Below, in pieces: positions 50,971-59,967 of a stretch of DNA of 64,000 nt (positions are counted from its first letter, which is position 1; each line of letters begins with the position of its first letter). The notes below the pieces were generated by a model. It was given only the letters and a program-made list of their open reading frames with translations, ran no database searches and was not told the DNA's origin. Source of the DNA: Candidatus Eiseniibacteriota bacterium. GTDB taxonomy: Bacteria > Eisenbacteria > RBG-16-71-46 > CAIMUX01 > VGJL01. The translations under genes were made by a program, and so were the position numbers. Where the stretch lies: assembly GCA_963792585.1 (NCBI GenBank), contig CAWBWI010000003.1, positions 384,001 through 448,000 of the forward strand. The letters run 5' to 3'.

Positions 50971-53097
50971 ATGAAGTTCAGGAGGATCCTCACGCTCGCC
51001 GCCGTCGTTGTCGCGGTGCAATCGCTGTCCTCTGCCGCAACGCCCGGCTATATCATCTTCGCAAACGATCAGGTCAAAGACCTGCAGTCAAACTCCGCGC
51101 CGACGGCGCGCGCGCTTCAAGACTATGCGTTCGCCAGCCCAAGCCTGCGCACGGCCCTAGACGGACTGGGCGTCGTCTCCCTCAAACCGGTTGCGCCCGG
51201 ATGGAGGAATCTAAAGCCCGAACAAATGGTCGATCGCTGGGGCCAGCGGGTCGAGTACTTCGATTTCAAGGACACGTACGAATTCGAAACTCGGCCGGGG
51301 AAGACCGTGGCGGAGGTCATGATCGATCTGATCGCCCTCCCGGGCGTGTATCACGCTGAACCGATGCCGGCCATTCAGTATTACAATGATCCCTTCTTCA
51401 GCCAGCAGTGGAACTTGCACAACACGGGTCAGCATGTCTGCGACATGCAGTGCGTCGAAGATTTCGACATCGACTGGCCCGAAGCGCACGCGCTGCAGCA
51501 ACAAACCGGCACGCTCATCGGTATCATCGATTCCGGAATCATGAACTGGCCGTTTCACGAGGAGATGCCGGCCGAGACGGTCGTCAACCTGGAATACTCG
51601 CGCAGCTTCCACCCCTCGTACCCGCAGTGGGATTGGAACGACGACCCGTTCATCAACCACGGAAGCGCGGTCGCCAGCATCGTGTCCGCTCTCACCGACA
51701 ACTCTCTGGGTATCGCTGGAATCGCCGGGCCGAAGGAGGACGGAACGGTCTGCGCCCTGAAGCTGTACGGGGCCGGCGACACGGCACTGGACTATGTGGC
51801 GAACGAAGCTGCGGGCGCGATCATGGCCGTGAACATGAGCTGGGGGTCCTGCGAGAAGTCCCTGATCCAGCGCAACGCGATCCGCAATGCCTATCTGTAT
51901 GGCGTATCGCTCTTCGCCTCTTCCGGAAACGGGCCGCAGTTCGGTTGCCACGGTACGAATCCTCCCCGCTATCCGGCGGGCCATGAGGACTACGTCATGG
52001 CCGTCGCGCACGTGCTCGGAGATGGATCCCGGCTCTACTACAACACCGGATCGTGGATCGACATCGCGGCTCCGGGCGGATCGACGATCACGACCGCCTC
52101 CTATCGGCATTCCCTGCCGGACGAGTATCGGTGCGACGGCTGCGAGAACTGCTTCGGGGGAACCTCCGCAGCCGCGCCGACCGCAACCGGCGTGGCAGGT
52201 CTCATTCTGGGTAAGAACGCCACGCTGCAGAACGATGACGTGTACGAGGTGATGATGCGGACGGCAGTCGATATCGGTACGCCTGGTCGGGACGAGGAAT
52301 TCGGGCAGGGACTGCTGAAGGCCGGGGCGGCCGTGTCGCTGGTGGCGGCTCCGAATCAGGTCGTGCACGCGTCGGGGACGAGGTTTCGCTACTCGGCCGT
52401 TGAGTCCCGCAGTCAGCAGTTCCGAAACGTCGTCGGACTGAATTCGCAGATGGAGACCTGGGAGCCGTTCTGGGCGAAGGTCTACGAGGTCGTCTTCACC
52501 ACGCCGGCCAATGTCTTCGGCAACACCCAGCTGACGCACGCGTGGGTCCGTCGGCACGCGACCGACGGATGGAAGAATCTCACTTCCTACGACGCTCTCG
52601 ACAACGCGCCGTGGGGTACGGTGACCTCGACGGCGAACAACGTGATCGTCACGAAGACCTATACCTACAAGGTCTTCACGGACGCATCGGAAAGCGTCTT
52701 CCTGGGCTGGTATCCGTTCGACCCTACGATCTCCGCGCCCGATCACCCTCAGGTCGCTCTAACCTATATTGTCCGCTCCGGCAACCAGATCGGCGAGCGA
52801 CCCGCGATCGTCCCGGAACTGATGGAGCCCCTGACGCTGCGCGTCGGCCCGTCCGGCGAGATCCGGTTCCGTGCGGATGGAGCCGCAACCGCTTCCGTCG
52901 GTATCTTCGACGTCTCAGGCCGGGAGGTGACCCATCTGGCGACGCGCAGTATCCAGACCGGCTGGAACAGTCTGCGATGGGATGGGAAGAACGGTCGCGG
53001 AACCACGGTCGCGCCCGGCGTCTACTTCGTTCGGGTCGCGACGCCTCAAGGGAAAGCAAGTCGCACGCTTTATTGGAGCGGCCAGTCGGTGCGGTGA
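50971..53097 (+). CDS. Secreted S8 (subtilisin-like) serine peptidase with a FlgD-Ig-like C-terminal domain
   Basis: Catalytic triad IIDSG, NHGSAV, GTSAAAP; WDGKN..G....PGVYF tail. Confidence 0.9.
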   Translation: MKFRRILTLAAVVVAVQSLSSAATPGYIIFANDQVKDLQSNSAPTARALQDYAFASPSLRTALDGLGVVSLKPVAPGWRNLKPEQMVDRWGQRVEYFDFKDTYEFETRPGKTVAEVMIDLIALPGVYHAEPMPAIQYYNDPFFSQQWNLHNTGQHVCDMQCVEDFDIDWPEAHALQQQTGTLIGIIDSGIMNWPFHEEMPAETVVNLEYSRSFHPSYPQWDWNDDPFINHGSAVASIVSALTDNSLGIAGIAGPKEDGTVCALKLYGAGDTALDYVANEAAGAIMAVNMSWGSCEKSLIQRNAIRNAYLYGVSLFASSGNGPQFGCHGTNPPRYPAGHEDYVMAVAHVLGDGSRLYYNTGSWIDIAAPGGSTITTASYRHSLPDEYRCDGCENCFGGTSAAAPTATGVAGLILGKNATLQNDDVYEVMMRTAVDIGTPGRDEEFGQGLLKAGAAVSLVAAPNQVVHASGTRFRYSAVESRSQQFRNVVGLNSQMETWEPFWAKVYEVVFTTPANVFGNTQLTHAWVRRHATDGWKNLTSYDALDNAPWGTVTSTANNVIVTKTYTYKVFTDASESVFLGWYPFDPTISAPDHPQVALTYIVRSGNQIGERPAIVPELMEPLTLRVGPSGEIRFRADGAATASVGIFDVSGREVTHLATRSIQTGWNSLRWDGKNGRGTTVAPGVYFVRVATPQGKASRTLYWSGQSVR

Positions 53098-53135
53098 TCG
53101 TGCCGCTATGGTCGAATGCCCCCTGAAGCATCCGC

Positions 53136-53169
53136 TGGGGAGTCCCGGGGTTTGCCCCGGGACTCCCCA
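53136..53169. terminator. Perfect 15-bp hairpin between convergent genes
   Basis: TGGGGAGTCCCGGGG-TTTG-CCCCGGGACTCCCCA; no clear U-tract. Confidence 0.6.
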
Positions 53170-53197
53170 AGGTCGTTGGATCGCGCCAGGGTCTTCG

Positions 53198-53734
53198 CTA
53201 TTCCTTGTCTTCCTGTATCCGGATCCGATCACGGATTTCGGGGACGCTGGCCACACGCAACCCGGCGATCCACAGCGTGAGCTTGTCGACCCGCGCGGCA
53301 GGTACCTCGAAGATGAAGTCGAGCCCCGCCTGACTCTCGATGGTCAGCGAATCGGCGGGCGCCGGTTCCAACCCCGCATCGAGATACCAGAGGACCGGCA
53401 CGTGCGTGGACTCGGCCCGGCGGTTCCCTTCATCGAGGCGAATCATGGACGTATCGAGGAGAAGGGGACCCGGGTCGACGGACAGGTCCACGGTGATCTC
53501 GACGAAGATCTGGTCCTGCTTGGGTTTCAGCGTCTCGTAGACGGTGCTGTACTCACCGTCCTTCATCATCGTCTTCTTGCCGGTGTTGATCTTCAGGACG
53601 TCGGGATACCGAAGTCCCGTGGGGATGATGGTCAGATTGGAGCCGGGGATCGCGGGCGATTCCGCCCTCGCTTCGACGATAGCGGACCCTGCGAGGAAGA
53701 CTCCCACGAGCATCAGGAACGTGCAGCACCGCAT
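53198..53734 (-). CDS. Secreted hypothetical protein
   Basis: AAGGAGG RBS, signal peptide (ARA-E), typical codon usage. Confidence 0.65.
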   Translation of the reverse strand: MRCCTFLMLVGVFLAGSAIVEARAESPAIPGSNLTIIPTGLRYPDVLKINTGKKTMMKDGEYSTVYETLKPKQDQIFVEITVDLSVDPGPLLLDTSMIRLDEGNRRAESTHVPVLWYLDAGLEPAPADSLTIESQAGLDFIFEVPAARVDKLTLWIAGLRVASVPEIRDRIRIQEDKE

Positions 53735-53843
53735 GACGCCTCCTTGTCGCATCGGAACCCAGACGGTCCGGGAATCGAATCTGCGCAGCCGGGGTGTGGG
53801 GGCATTATGCCAAGTCCGTCGACGGCCACCCTCCGATCGGTTC

Positions 53844-55010
53844 CTAGGGGGTGAGGACGATCCTGGTGATCTCTGCGGGCGCCCCGAGCCGCATGGGCGG
53901 ACCCCAGTACCCCGTCCCGCGGCTCACGTAGATCGTCGATGCACCGCGACGGTGGAGTCCCGCCAGGTATGGTTGCACCGAGCGCGTCAGGTAGTGAAAC
54001 GGGTAGATCTGGCCGCCGTGCGTGTGCCCCGACAGCTGCAAATCGACCCCCTGCGCGGCAGCCTCGGGGAACGAACGTGGCTGGTGCGCGAGGAGGATGA
54101 CGGGCCGATCGGGATCCCGGCCGGCCATGGCCCGCGGAATGTCCTCCCCCTGGCCGTGCCCGGAACCGTGGGAGGCGTAGTCGTCGGTGCCCGCCAGATC
54201 GAATCCCCGATCCCCGCGAATCGCCACCCGCTCGTTGCGCAACACACGGATGCCCAGGGAGCGTAAGTGGTCGATCCAAGCATCCGCTCCGGAGTAGGTG
54301 TCGTGATTCCCGGTCGCGAACCAAACGCCATCCCGCGCGCGAAGCGACGCAAGCGGCGCGACGAGGGGCGCCAGATCCTCCACGCTGCCGTCCACGAGAT
54401 CGCCCGTGATCACGATCATGTCGGGATCCAGCGAGTTCACACGCCGCACGATTCTCTCCATGAATCCTTTTCCCACGGTACCGCCCACATGGATGTCGGA
54501 CAGCTGGACGACGGTGTAGCCGCTGAGCTCGACCGGCCATCGGGACAGACTCACAGGCACGGTGCGGACGCTTGCGGGCAAACGGGCCGAGAAGATCGCG
54601 ACGGCGCCGATCATGCATCCGCCGACCAAGACACCGAGCGCCACGCAGCGTGCGACCCATCGGGTCGCGGTCAGTCCCGCCACGCCCGCGAACCCGGGAG
54701 CGGCCCACATCCGCAACAGCGGCCGGAGCGGCTCGGCGGCGAGCAGGAGTACGAAGAAGTAAAAGAGCAGACCCAACCACACGAAACCGATCCATGCCAG
54801 GGGCACCGTGACCACACGCGGCGCGATCCTCATGAGAACCAGGGATGCCGATAGCACGACGGCCAAGGAGAATGCCGCCACCGCTCCGACCCTGGGCCAA
54901 GGCGCGGGCCAGCCCGGCGAGCGCACCAGCCGCCACCAGAGGTAGCCATGGAGGGCGAAGTTGATGGCCAAGACGATGGCGAGAAAGACGACGAGGGCCG
55001 CGGTGCGCAT
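53844..55010 (-). CDS. Membrane-anchored metallophosphoesterase (YkuE/YaeI-like)
   Basis: SDIH, GDLVDG, GNHD, LAHQP, SGHTHGGQ motifs; N-terminal TM segments. Confidence 0.92.
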   Translation of the reverse strand: MRTAALVVFLAIVLAINFALHGYLWWRLVRSPGWPAPWPRVGAVAAFSLAVVLSASLVLMRIAPRVVTVPLAWIGFVWLGLLFYFFVLLLAAEPLRPLLRMWAAPGFAGVAGLTATRWVARCVALGVLVGGCMIGAVAIFSARLPASVRTVPVSLSRWPVELSGYTVVQLSDIHVGGTVGKGFMERIVRRVNSLDPDMIVITGDLVDGSVEDLAPLVAPLASLRARDGVWFATGNHDTYSGADAWIDHLRSLGIRVLRNERVAIRGDRGFDLAGTDDYASHGSGHGQGEDIPRAMAGRDPDRPVILLAHQPRSFPEAAAQGVDLQLSGHTHGGQIYPFHYLTRSVQPYLAGLHRRGASTIYVSRGTGYWGPPMRLGAPAEITRIVLTP

Positions 55011-55206
55011 GGACGAAAGGTAACGGGGTGCGAGGAGCCGTGTCTACAGGGCGTCGGGTGCGAACCGTCGTCATCCACCGGTGCCGGGCCGCCGTTCGCC
55101 GACTTGGAGTGGCCGGAGCCGTGCCCCCGGCGGATGCTTCTCTCGGGGACAGTGGAACCGGCCGGCGATCCGGCCGAGGGTCTGGCCGGAAGAAAGGGGA
55201 AAGGCC

Positions 55207-55959
55207 ATGAGCGAAGCTCCTCGGAGACACAATTTAGGAAGCTTGATCTTTGGACTCAGCGTCGTCGCCTTCGGCGTGCTCTTCCTGTTGAGCAACCTGA
55301 ACATGATCGAATCCTCGGACTATCTGCGGTACTGGCCGGTCGTCCTAGTCGCCTTCGGCTTGGCCAAGCTCCTCCAGCCGCGTGAATCCGGGGGGAGGAT
55401 GTTCGGTTTCATCCTTGGATTGATTGGAGTCTTCCTGCTGCTCAAGGAGTTCGGAAAGATCCACTTCGACCTCTGGGACTTCTGGCCCGCGATTCTTGTC
55501 CTGATGGGCCTGAGCATCATCTGGGGAGCGCTGGGGCACGGGCGCCGCCGTCGGTCGTGCTTCCGCGGCCGGCGCGGCGTTTCCGTCACCATCAACGGCC
55601 AGGAAAACCCTCCCCGGGTCGATCCGGACTCGACCATGGACGTGAACAGCGTCTTCGGAGGAAACGAGCGGGTCGTCACGTCTCAGGACTTCCGCGGCGG
55701 GACGATCTCGACGATCATGGGCGGGTGCGAAGTCGACTTCCGCCAGGCTTCGATCTCCGGTGGGGAGGCGGTGCTCGATATCTCGGTCGTGTTCGGCGGG
55801 GTCGAACTTCGCATTCCGGAGGACTGGAAGGTCGTGTTGCGCACCAGCGCGGTGATCGGGGGGGTGGACGACAAGACCCGCAAGCCGGTGGGTGAGGCGA
55901 GCAAGACGCTGGTCATCACCGGCAACGTGATCTTCGGCGGCCTCGAGGTCCGCAACTGA
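55207..55959 (+). CDS. LiaF-like membrane protein (cell-envelope stress accessory)
   Basis: Four N-terminal TM segments with YWP/FWP; C-terminal FGG...GGCEVDFR...FGGVELRIP domain. Confidence 0.8.
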   Translation: MSEAPRRHNLGSLIFGLSVVAFGVLFLLSNLNMIESSDYLRYWPVVLVAFGLAKLLQPRESGGRMFGFILGLIGVFLLLKEFGKIHFDLWDFWPAILVLMGLSIIWGALGHGRRRRSCFRGRRGVSVTINGQENPPRVDPDSTMDVNSVFGGNERVVTSQDFRGGTISTIMGGCEVDFRQASISGGEAVLDISVVFGGVELRIPEDWKVVLRTSAVIGGVDDKTRKPVGEASKTLVITGNVIFGGLEVRN

Positions 55960-55993
55960 GCATGATGGATTCGAACCGATCGGGCCGTTAAGC

Positions 55994-57091
55994 ATGTCCT
56001 CGCTCGCGACATCGCGGCGGCTCGTCCTGCCGTACTTCGCCGCCTGGATCCCGCTGGCGGCCGTCCTCGCCGCGATGCTCCAGCGCGCGCCGCAGACGTC
56101 GTGGATCGGGGCGATGGCGCTGGCGATACCGGCGGCCGCGATCTACGCCTTCGTTTGTCTTGCCACACGTTATCCGGTGAGGGGCCTGCCGGCCGACCGG
56201 ACACCGGCGTCACGCCTGCTGATGGCGCACCTGAGCGGCGCGGTGTTTGCCACCGCGCTCTGGTTGGGCATCCTCCGCCTCTGGGCGGAGCTCCTCGGGA
56301 ACATCCGCTCGCTCGAACCATTGCCGGCGGCCTTTCGGGAGCAGGCGCCGCTGCTGGCCGGCGTCGGGCTCCTTCTCTACCTATTGTCCGTCACCTTCTT
56401 CTCCATGCTGCACGCGGTCGAGCGAAGCAGGGAGGCGGAGCGCCGCGCCCTCGAGCTGGGCCTCATCGCCCGTGAGTCGGAGCTGACCCTCCTGCGATCG
56501 CAGGTCGATCCGCACTTCCTCTTCAACGCTCTCAATGCGATCGCCGGACTCACGCGCAGCGACCCCGACCTCGCACGCGCGCTGTGCCTGCGGCTTGGCG
56601 ACTTCCTGCGCGCAAGCCTGCGCATCGGCAAGCAGGAGAGGATCCGCTTCGCCGAGGAACTGGGATTCGCGCGCGACTTTCTCGGGATCGAGCAGATCCG
56701 TTTCGGCCCCAGACTCCGCGTCGACGAACGGATCGACGAGGATTGCCTCGAGTCGCTCGTCCCGCCGCTGATCCTGCAACCTCTCCTCGAGAACGCGGTG
56801 CGCCACGGCGTCGCCGGTCTCGTGGAGGGAGGGGACGTGACGCTCACGGCGCACCTGACGGGATCGACACTCGCGGTTTTCGTCGAGAACGCGCTCGATC
56901 CGGACGCGCCGCTGCGGCGGGGGGAGGGGATCGGCCTGGCAAACGTGCGGCGACGACTGTTGAAACTCTACGGCCGCGCGGGGGCGCTGACGGTACGGCG
57001 GGAGGCGGATCGCTTTCGCGTCGACCTGGTGATCCCGGCGCAGGTGGCCGATCCTGCAGGCGGGACGGGGGCGCATGTCGACCATCAATAG
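55994..57091 (+). CDS. LytS/YehU-family sensor histidine kinase
   Basis: LRSQVDPHFLFNALN, QPLLENAVRHG, GIGLANVRRRL. Confidence 0.92.
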   Translation: MSSLATSRRLVLPYFAAWIPLAAVLAAMLQRAPQTSWIGAMALAIPAAAIYAFVCLATRYPVRGLPADRTPASRLLMAHLSGAVFATALWLGILRLWAELLGNIRSLEPLPAAFREQAPLLAGVGLLLYLLSVTFFSMLHAVERSREAERRALELGLIARESELTLLRSQVDPHFLFNALNAIAGLTRSDPDLARALCLRLGDFLRASLRIGKQERIRFAEELGFARDFLGIEQIRFGPRLRVDERIDEDCLESLVPPLILQPLLENAVRHGVAGLVEGGDVTLTAHLTGSTLAVFVENALDPDAPLRRGEGIGLANVRRRLLKLYGRAGALTVRREADRFRVDLVIPAQVADPAGGTGAHVDHQ

Positions 57092-57905
57092 CGAGCGCTC
57101 GCCGGGAGCGGAACTCCGTGTCCTCATCGTCGACGACGAGGAGCCGGCCCGGAAGCTCCTGCGCGAGTACCTGGCGGGGATCCCGAATCTGGTCGTGGCG
57201 GGGGAATGCGCCGACGGATTCCAGGCGGTCAAAGCGGTCGCCGACCTCGATCCGGATCTTCTGCTGCTGGATATCCAGATGCCGAAGCTCGACGGTTTCG
57301 AGGTCCTCGAACTGATCGAGCGCGAGATTCCCGTCGTATTCATCACGGCGTATGACGAGTACTCGATCCGTGCGTTCGACGTGCATGCGGTCGACTACTT
57401 GTTGAAGCCATATGCGCGTGAGCGACTGGTCGAAGCGATCGAGCGGGCGCGACTACGGGTGGGACAGCTGCGTTCCGCCCGCGGCAGGACAGAGGCGGTG
57501 TCCGGCGGCGAGTCGCCGTCGAAGCGAAGCGATCTTCTTCCCGAGACGGCCACGGCCCGCGCGGTTCTCCGGACGCGACAGCCGCTCGAGAGGCTCCTCA
57601 TCCGGGACGGGGCGAGAATCCATGTGATTCCCGTCGGGACGATCCACTACATCGAGGCGCAGGATGACTATGTCTGCGTCGTGACCAGGGAGCAGAAGCT
57701 CCTGAAGCAGGAGACGCTGAACGAATTGGAGGCCGCGCTCGACCCCGGGCGATTCGTGCGGATCCACCGCTCGTTCATCATGAACATCGAGTACCTCGCG
57801 AAGATCGAGCCGTACACGAAGGACTCCCGCGTGGCCATCTTGCGGAGCGACGTCCGGCTCCCGGTGAGCCGAAGTGGATACGAGCGGTTGCGGGGGCTTC
57901 TCTGA
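57075..57905 (+). CDS. LytTR-family response regulator
   Basis: Receiver VDDE...LDIQMP...DYLLKP; LytTR FVRIHRS, PVSRS. Confidence 0.93.
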   Translation: MSTINSERSPGAELRVLIVDDEEPARKLLREYLAGIPNLVVAGECADGFQAVKAVADLDPDLLLLDIQMPKLDGFEVLELIEREIPVVFITAYDEYSIRAFDVHAVDYLLKPYARERLVEAIERARLRVGQLRSARGRTEAVSGGESPSKRSDLLPETATARAVLRTRQPLERLLIRDGARIHVIPVGTIHYIEAQDDYVCVVTREQKLLKQETLNELEAALDPGRFVRIHRSFIMNIEYLAKIEPYTKDSRVAILRSDVRLPVSRSGYERLRGLL

Positions 57906-57931
57906 TATAGATTGGGGAGGAGGAATCGGTC

Positions 57932-58909
57932 ATGAAGGAAATCTGGATGGAAGGGACCCGTTCCGGGCACGCGCGGCGGTCCGGGACCATGGCGCTGGCT
58001 GCCGTTGCGCTGCTCTTGGGGCTCGGTGGGTGCGCCTCGACCCGCTCCGGCGGCGGCGCTTCGACCTCGAGTGCGCTCAATGCGACCTACCGGATCGAGG
58101 GCAAGGAGGTCCGGCTGGTCGACGGCCGCGCGGAGCGGGAGTCGGCGGCGGGCTCCGGAGCGATGGTCCACACGAGCGTGGTCGGCGAGGTCGTCTCCGG
58201 GGATCTCGGCCGGGACCGCGACGAGGACGCCGCAGTGATCCTGTCCCAGGAGAACCCAGGCGGTGGGACGATCCTCTACGCCGCCGCCGTGCTCAGGGAG
58301 GGAGACGCGTTCACAGGAACCGCTGCGGTGCGACTCGGCGAGGGCGTCGTCGTCAACAAGGTCACGATCCGCAGGGGCGCCATCGTGGTGGAATACTTGG
58401 ATCGCCGGCCCGGCGAGCCGATCGGGGCCCCGCCTACCGCCAGCATGAGGGTCCAACTCACGCCCCGCGGCGACAAGCTGTCCGTTCAGGGACCCTTCCC
58501 GAATCTCGGGTCGATGTCCGATGAAGAGGATTTCCCCGCCGACACGGAGGGACCCCTGCTTCCCCGGATCAGCGGAGGAGAGTGGAGACTCGCCCTCCTG
58601 AAGGACGACGGACAGAACCGTCCCCTCACCGCCGAGAATCCCCCGACCCTGAAGATCGATCCCTCCGGGAAGGTCGCCGGCATGGCAAGCGTCAATCGGT
58701 ACTTCGGCGACATCAAGATAGACGCCGCCGGCCGCGTCTCGTGGGGAGGGCCGTTCGGCAGCACCAAGATGGCCGGGCCCGAACCGCTCATGGATCAGGA
58801 AGCGGCATTCCTGAAGGCCCTGCAGAAGACCGACCGCCTTTCCGTTCGGGACGGACGCCTCGTGATGGAGGATGCCGCCGGGCAGACGGCGCTCGAGTTC
58901 GAACGCTAG
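57932..58909 (+). CDS. META (HslJ-like) domain lipoprotein
   Basis: Lipobox LGGC; C-terminal G.ASVNRYFG...STKMAG...MDQE..FL.AL. Confidence 0.8.
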   Translation: MKEIWMEGTRSGHARRSGTMALAAVALLLGLGGCASTRSGGGASTSSALNATYRIEGKEVRLVDGRAERESAAGSGAMVHTSVVGEVVSGDLGRDRDEDAAVILSQENPGGGTILYAAAVLREGDAFTGTAAVRLGEGVVVNKVTIRRGAIVVEYLDRRPGEPIGAPPTASMRVQLTPRGDKLSVQGPFPNLGSMSDEEDFPADTEGPLLPRISGGEWRLALLKDDGQNRPLTAENPPTLKIDPSGKVAGMASVNRYFGDIKIDAAGRVSWGGPFGSTKMAGPEPLMDQEAAFLKALQKTDRLSVRDGRLVMEDAAGQTALEFER

Positions 58910-59003
58910 AGCCCCGCTTGCCGACGCGCCGGAGGGGTGCATTGGGAGGGGTAGGGACCGGACCCATAGCGCCTTGGACGGCTGGGCCGGGGGTGCTTCG
59001 AGC

Positions 59004-59897
59004 ATGAGCAACGCCACCACGATGGGAGCGATCTTCTCGCTCGCCTGCGCTCTCGCATGGGCGATGGCCGTGGTCTTTCTGAAGCACACCGCGGACAAGG
59101 TCCACCCGTTCGCGCTGAACGTCTTCCGGGTCACCTTCTCCTTCCCGCTCCTGTTGGCGACCGCGCTGATGGCCGGATACCCTCTTCTTCCCGATGTCTC
59201 CCGCGAGGATTGCCTGCGTCTCGCGCTCAGCGCGGTGATCGGGATCGCAGCGGCCGACACGCTGTTCCACCAGAGCCTGAAACTGGTGGGCGCCGGTATC
59301 AACGCGATCGTCGATACGCTCTATGCGCCCGTGGTCGTGCTCTTCGCCTTCCTCATGCTCGAGGAACGAATCGGGTGGAACGACTACGCTGGCCTGGCGC
59401 TCATCAGCGGAGCGTTGCTTCTGACGAGCACGCTGGAGCCGCCGAAGAACCGAAGTCGTGTGCAGTTGATCGAGGGGATCGTCCTGGGTCTCCTGGCCGT
59501 CGTCCTGCTCTCCTTGGGGATCGTGATCGCGAAGCCGGCACTGAACCGGTTGCCGGTCCTCTGGGCGGCGGCATTCCGGCAGGGTGTGGCTGCGGTCGTT
59601 CTCATGGTGGTCGCCATCCTCCACCCGCGGCGGAGAGAGTACCTCTCCGCGTGGCGACCGTCGAAGATCTGGAAGGTGATGATCCCCGCCACGCTCCTGG
59701 GATCCTATATCTCGCTCACCTTCTGGATCGCGGGGATGAAGTACACGCTCGCGAGCATCGCCGCCATCCTCGGGCAGTCCTCGACCCTCTTCATCCTCAT
59801 CTTCTCGGTCCTCTTTCTCCACGAGCGGTTCACCAGGCGCAAGGCGATCGCCGCCGCCCTGGCCTTCGCCGGGGTGCTGCTCGTCACCATGATCTGA
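59004..59897 (+). CDS. DMT/EamA family transporter
   Basis: About 10 TM segments in two repeats; LEERI and LHERF motifs. Confidence 0.88.
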   Translation: MSNATTMGAIFSLACALAWAMAVVFLKHTADKVHPFALNVFRVTFSFPLLLATALMAGYPLLPDVSREDCLRLALSAVIGIAAADTLFHQSLKLVGAGINAIVDTLYAPVVVLFAFLMLEERIGWNDYAGLALISGALLLTSTLEPPKNRSRVQLIEGIVLGLLAVVLLSLGIVIAKPALNRLPVLWAAAFRQGVAAVVLMVVAILHPRRREYLSAWRPSKIWKVMIPATLLGSYISLTFWIAGMKYTLASIAAILGQSSTLFILIFSVLFLHERFTRRKAIAAALAFAGVLLVTMI

Positions 59898-59913
59898 ACG
59901 ATGGAAGCGGGAA

Positions 59914-59939
59914 GAGCCTCCGACGCGCGCCGGAGGCTC
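59914..59939. terminator. Hairpin between convergent genes
   Basis: GAGCCTCCG (59914-22) / CGGAGGCTC (59931-39). Confidence 0.4.
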
Positions 59940-59967
59940 CTCCCAGGGAACGATTGCTCTTCGCGGA

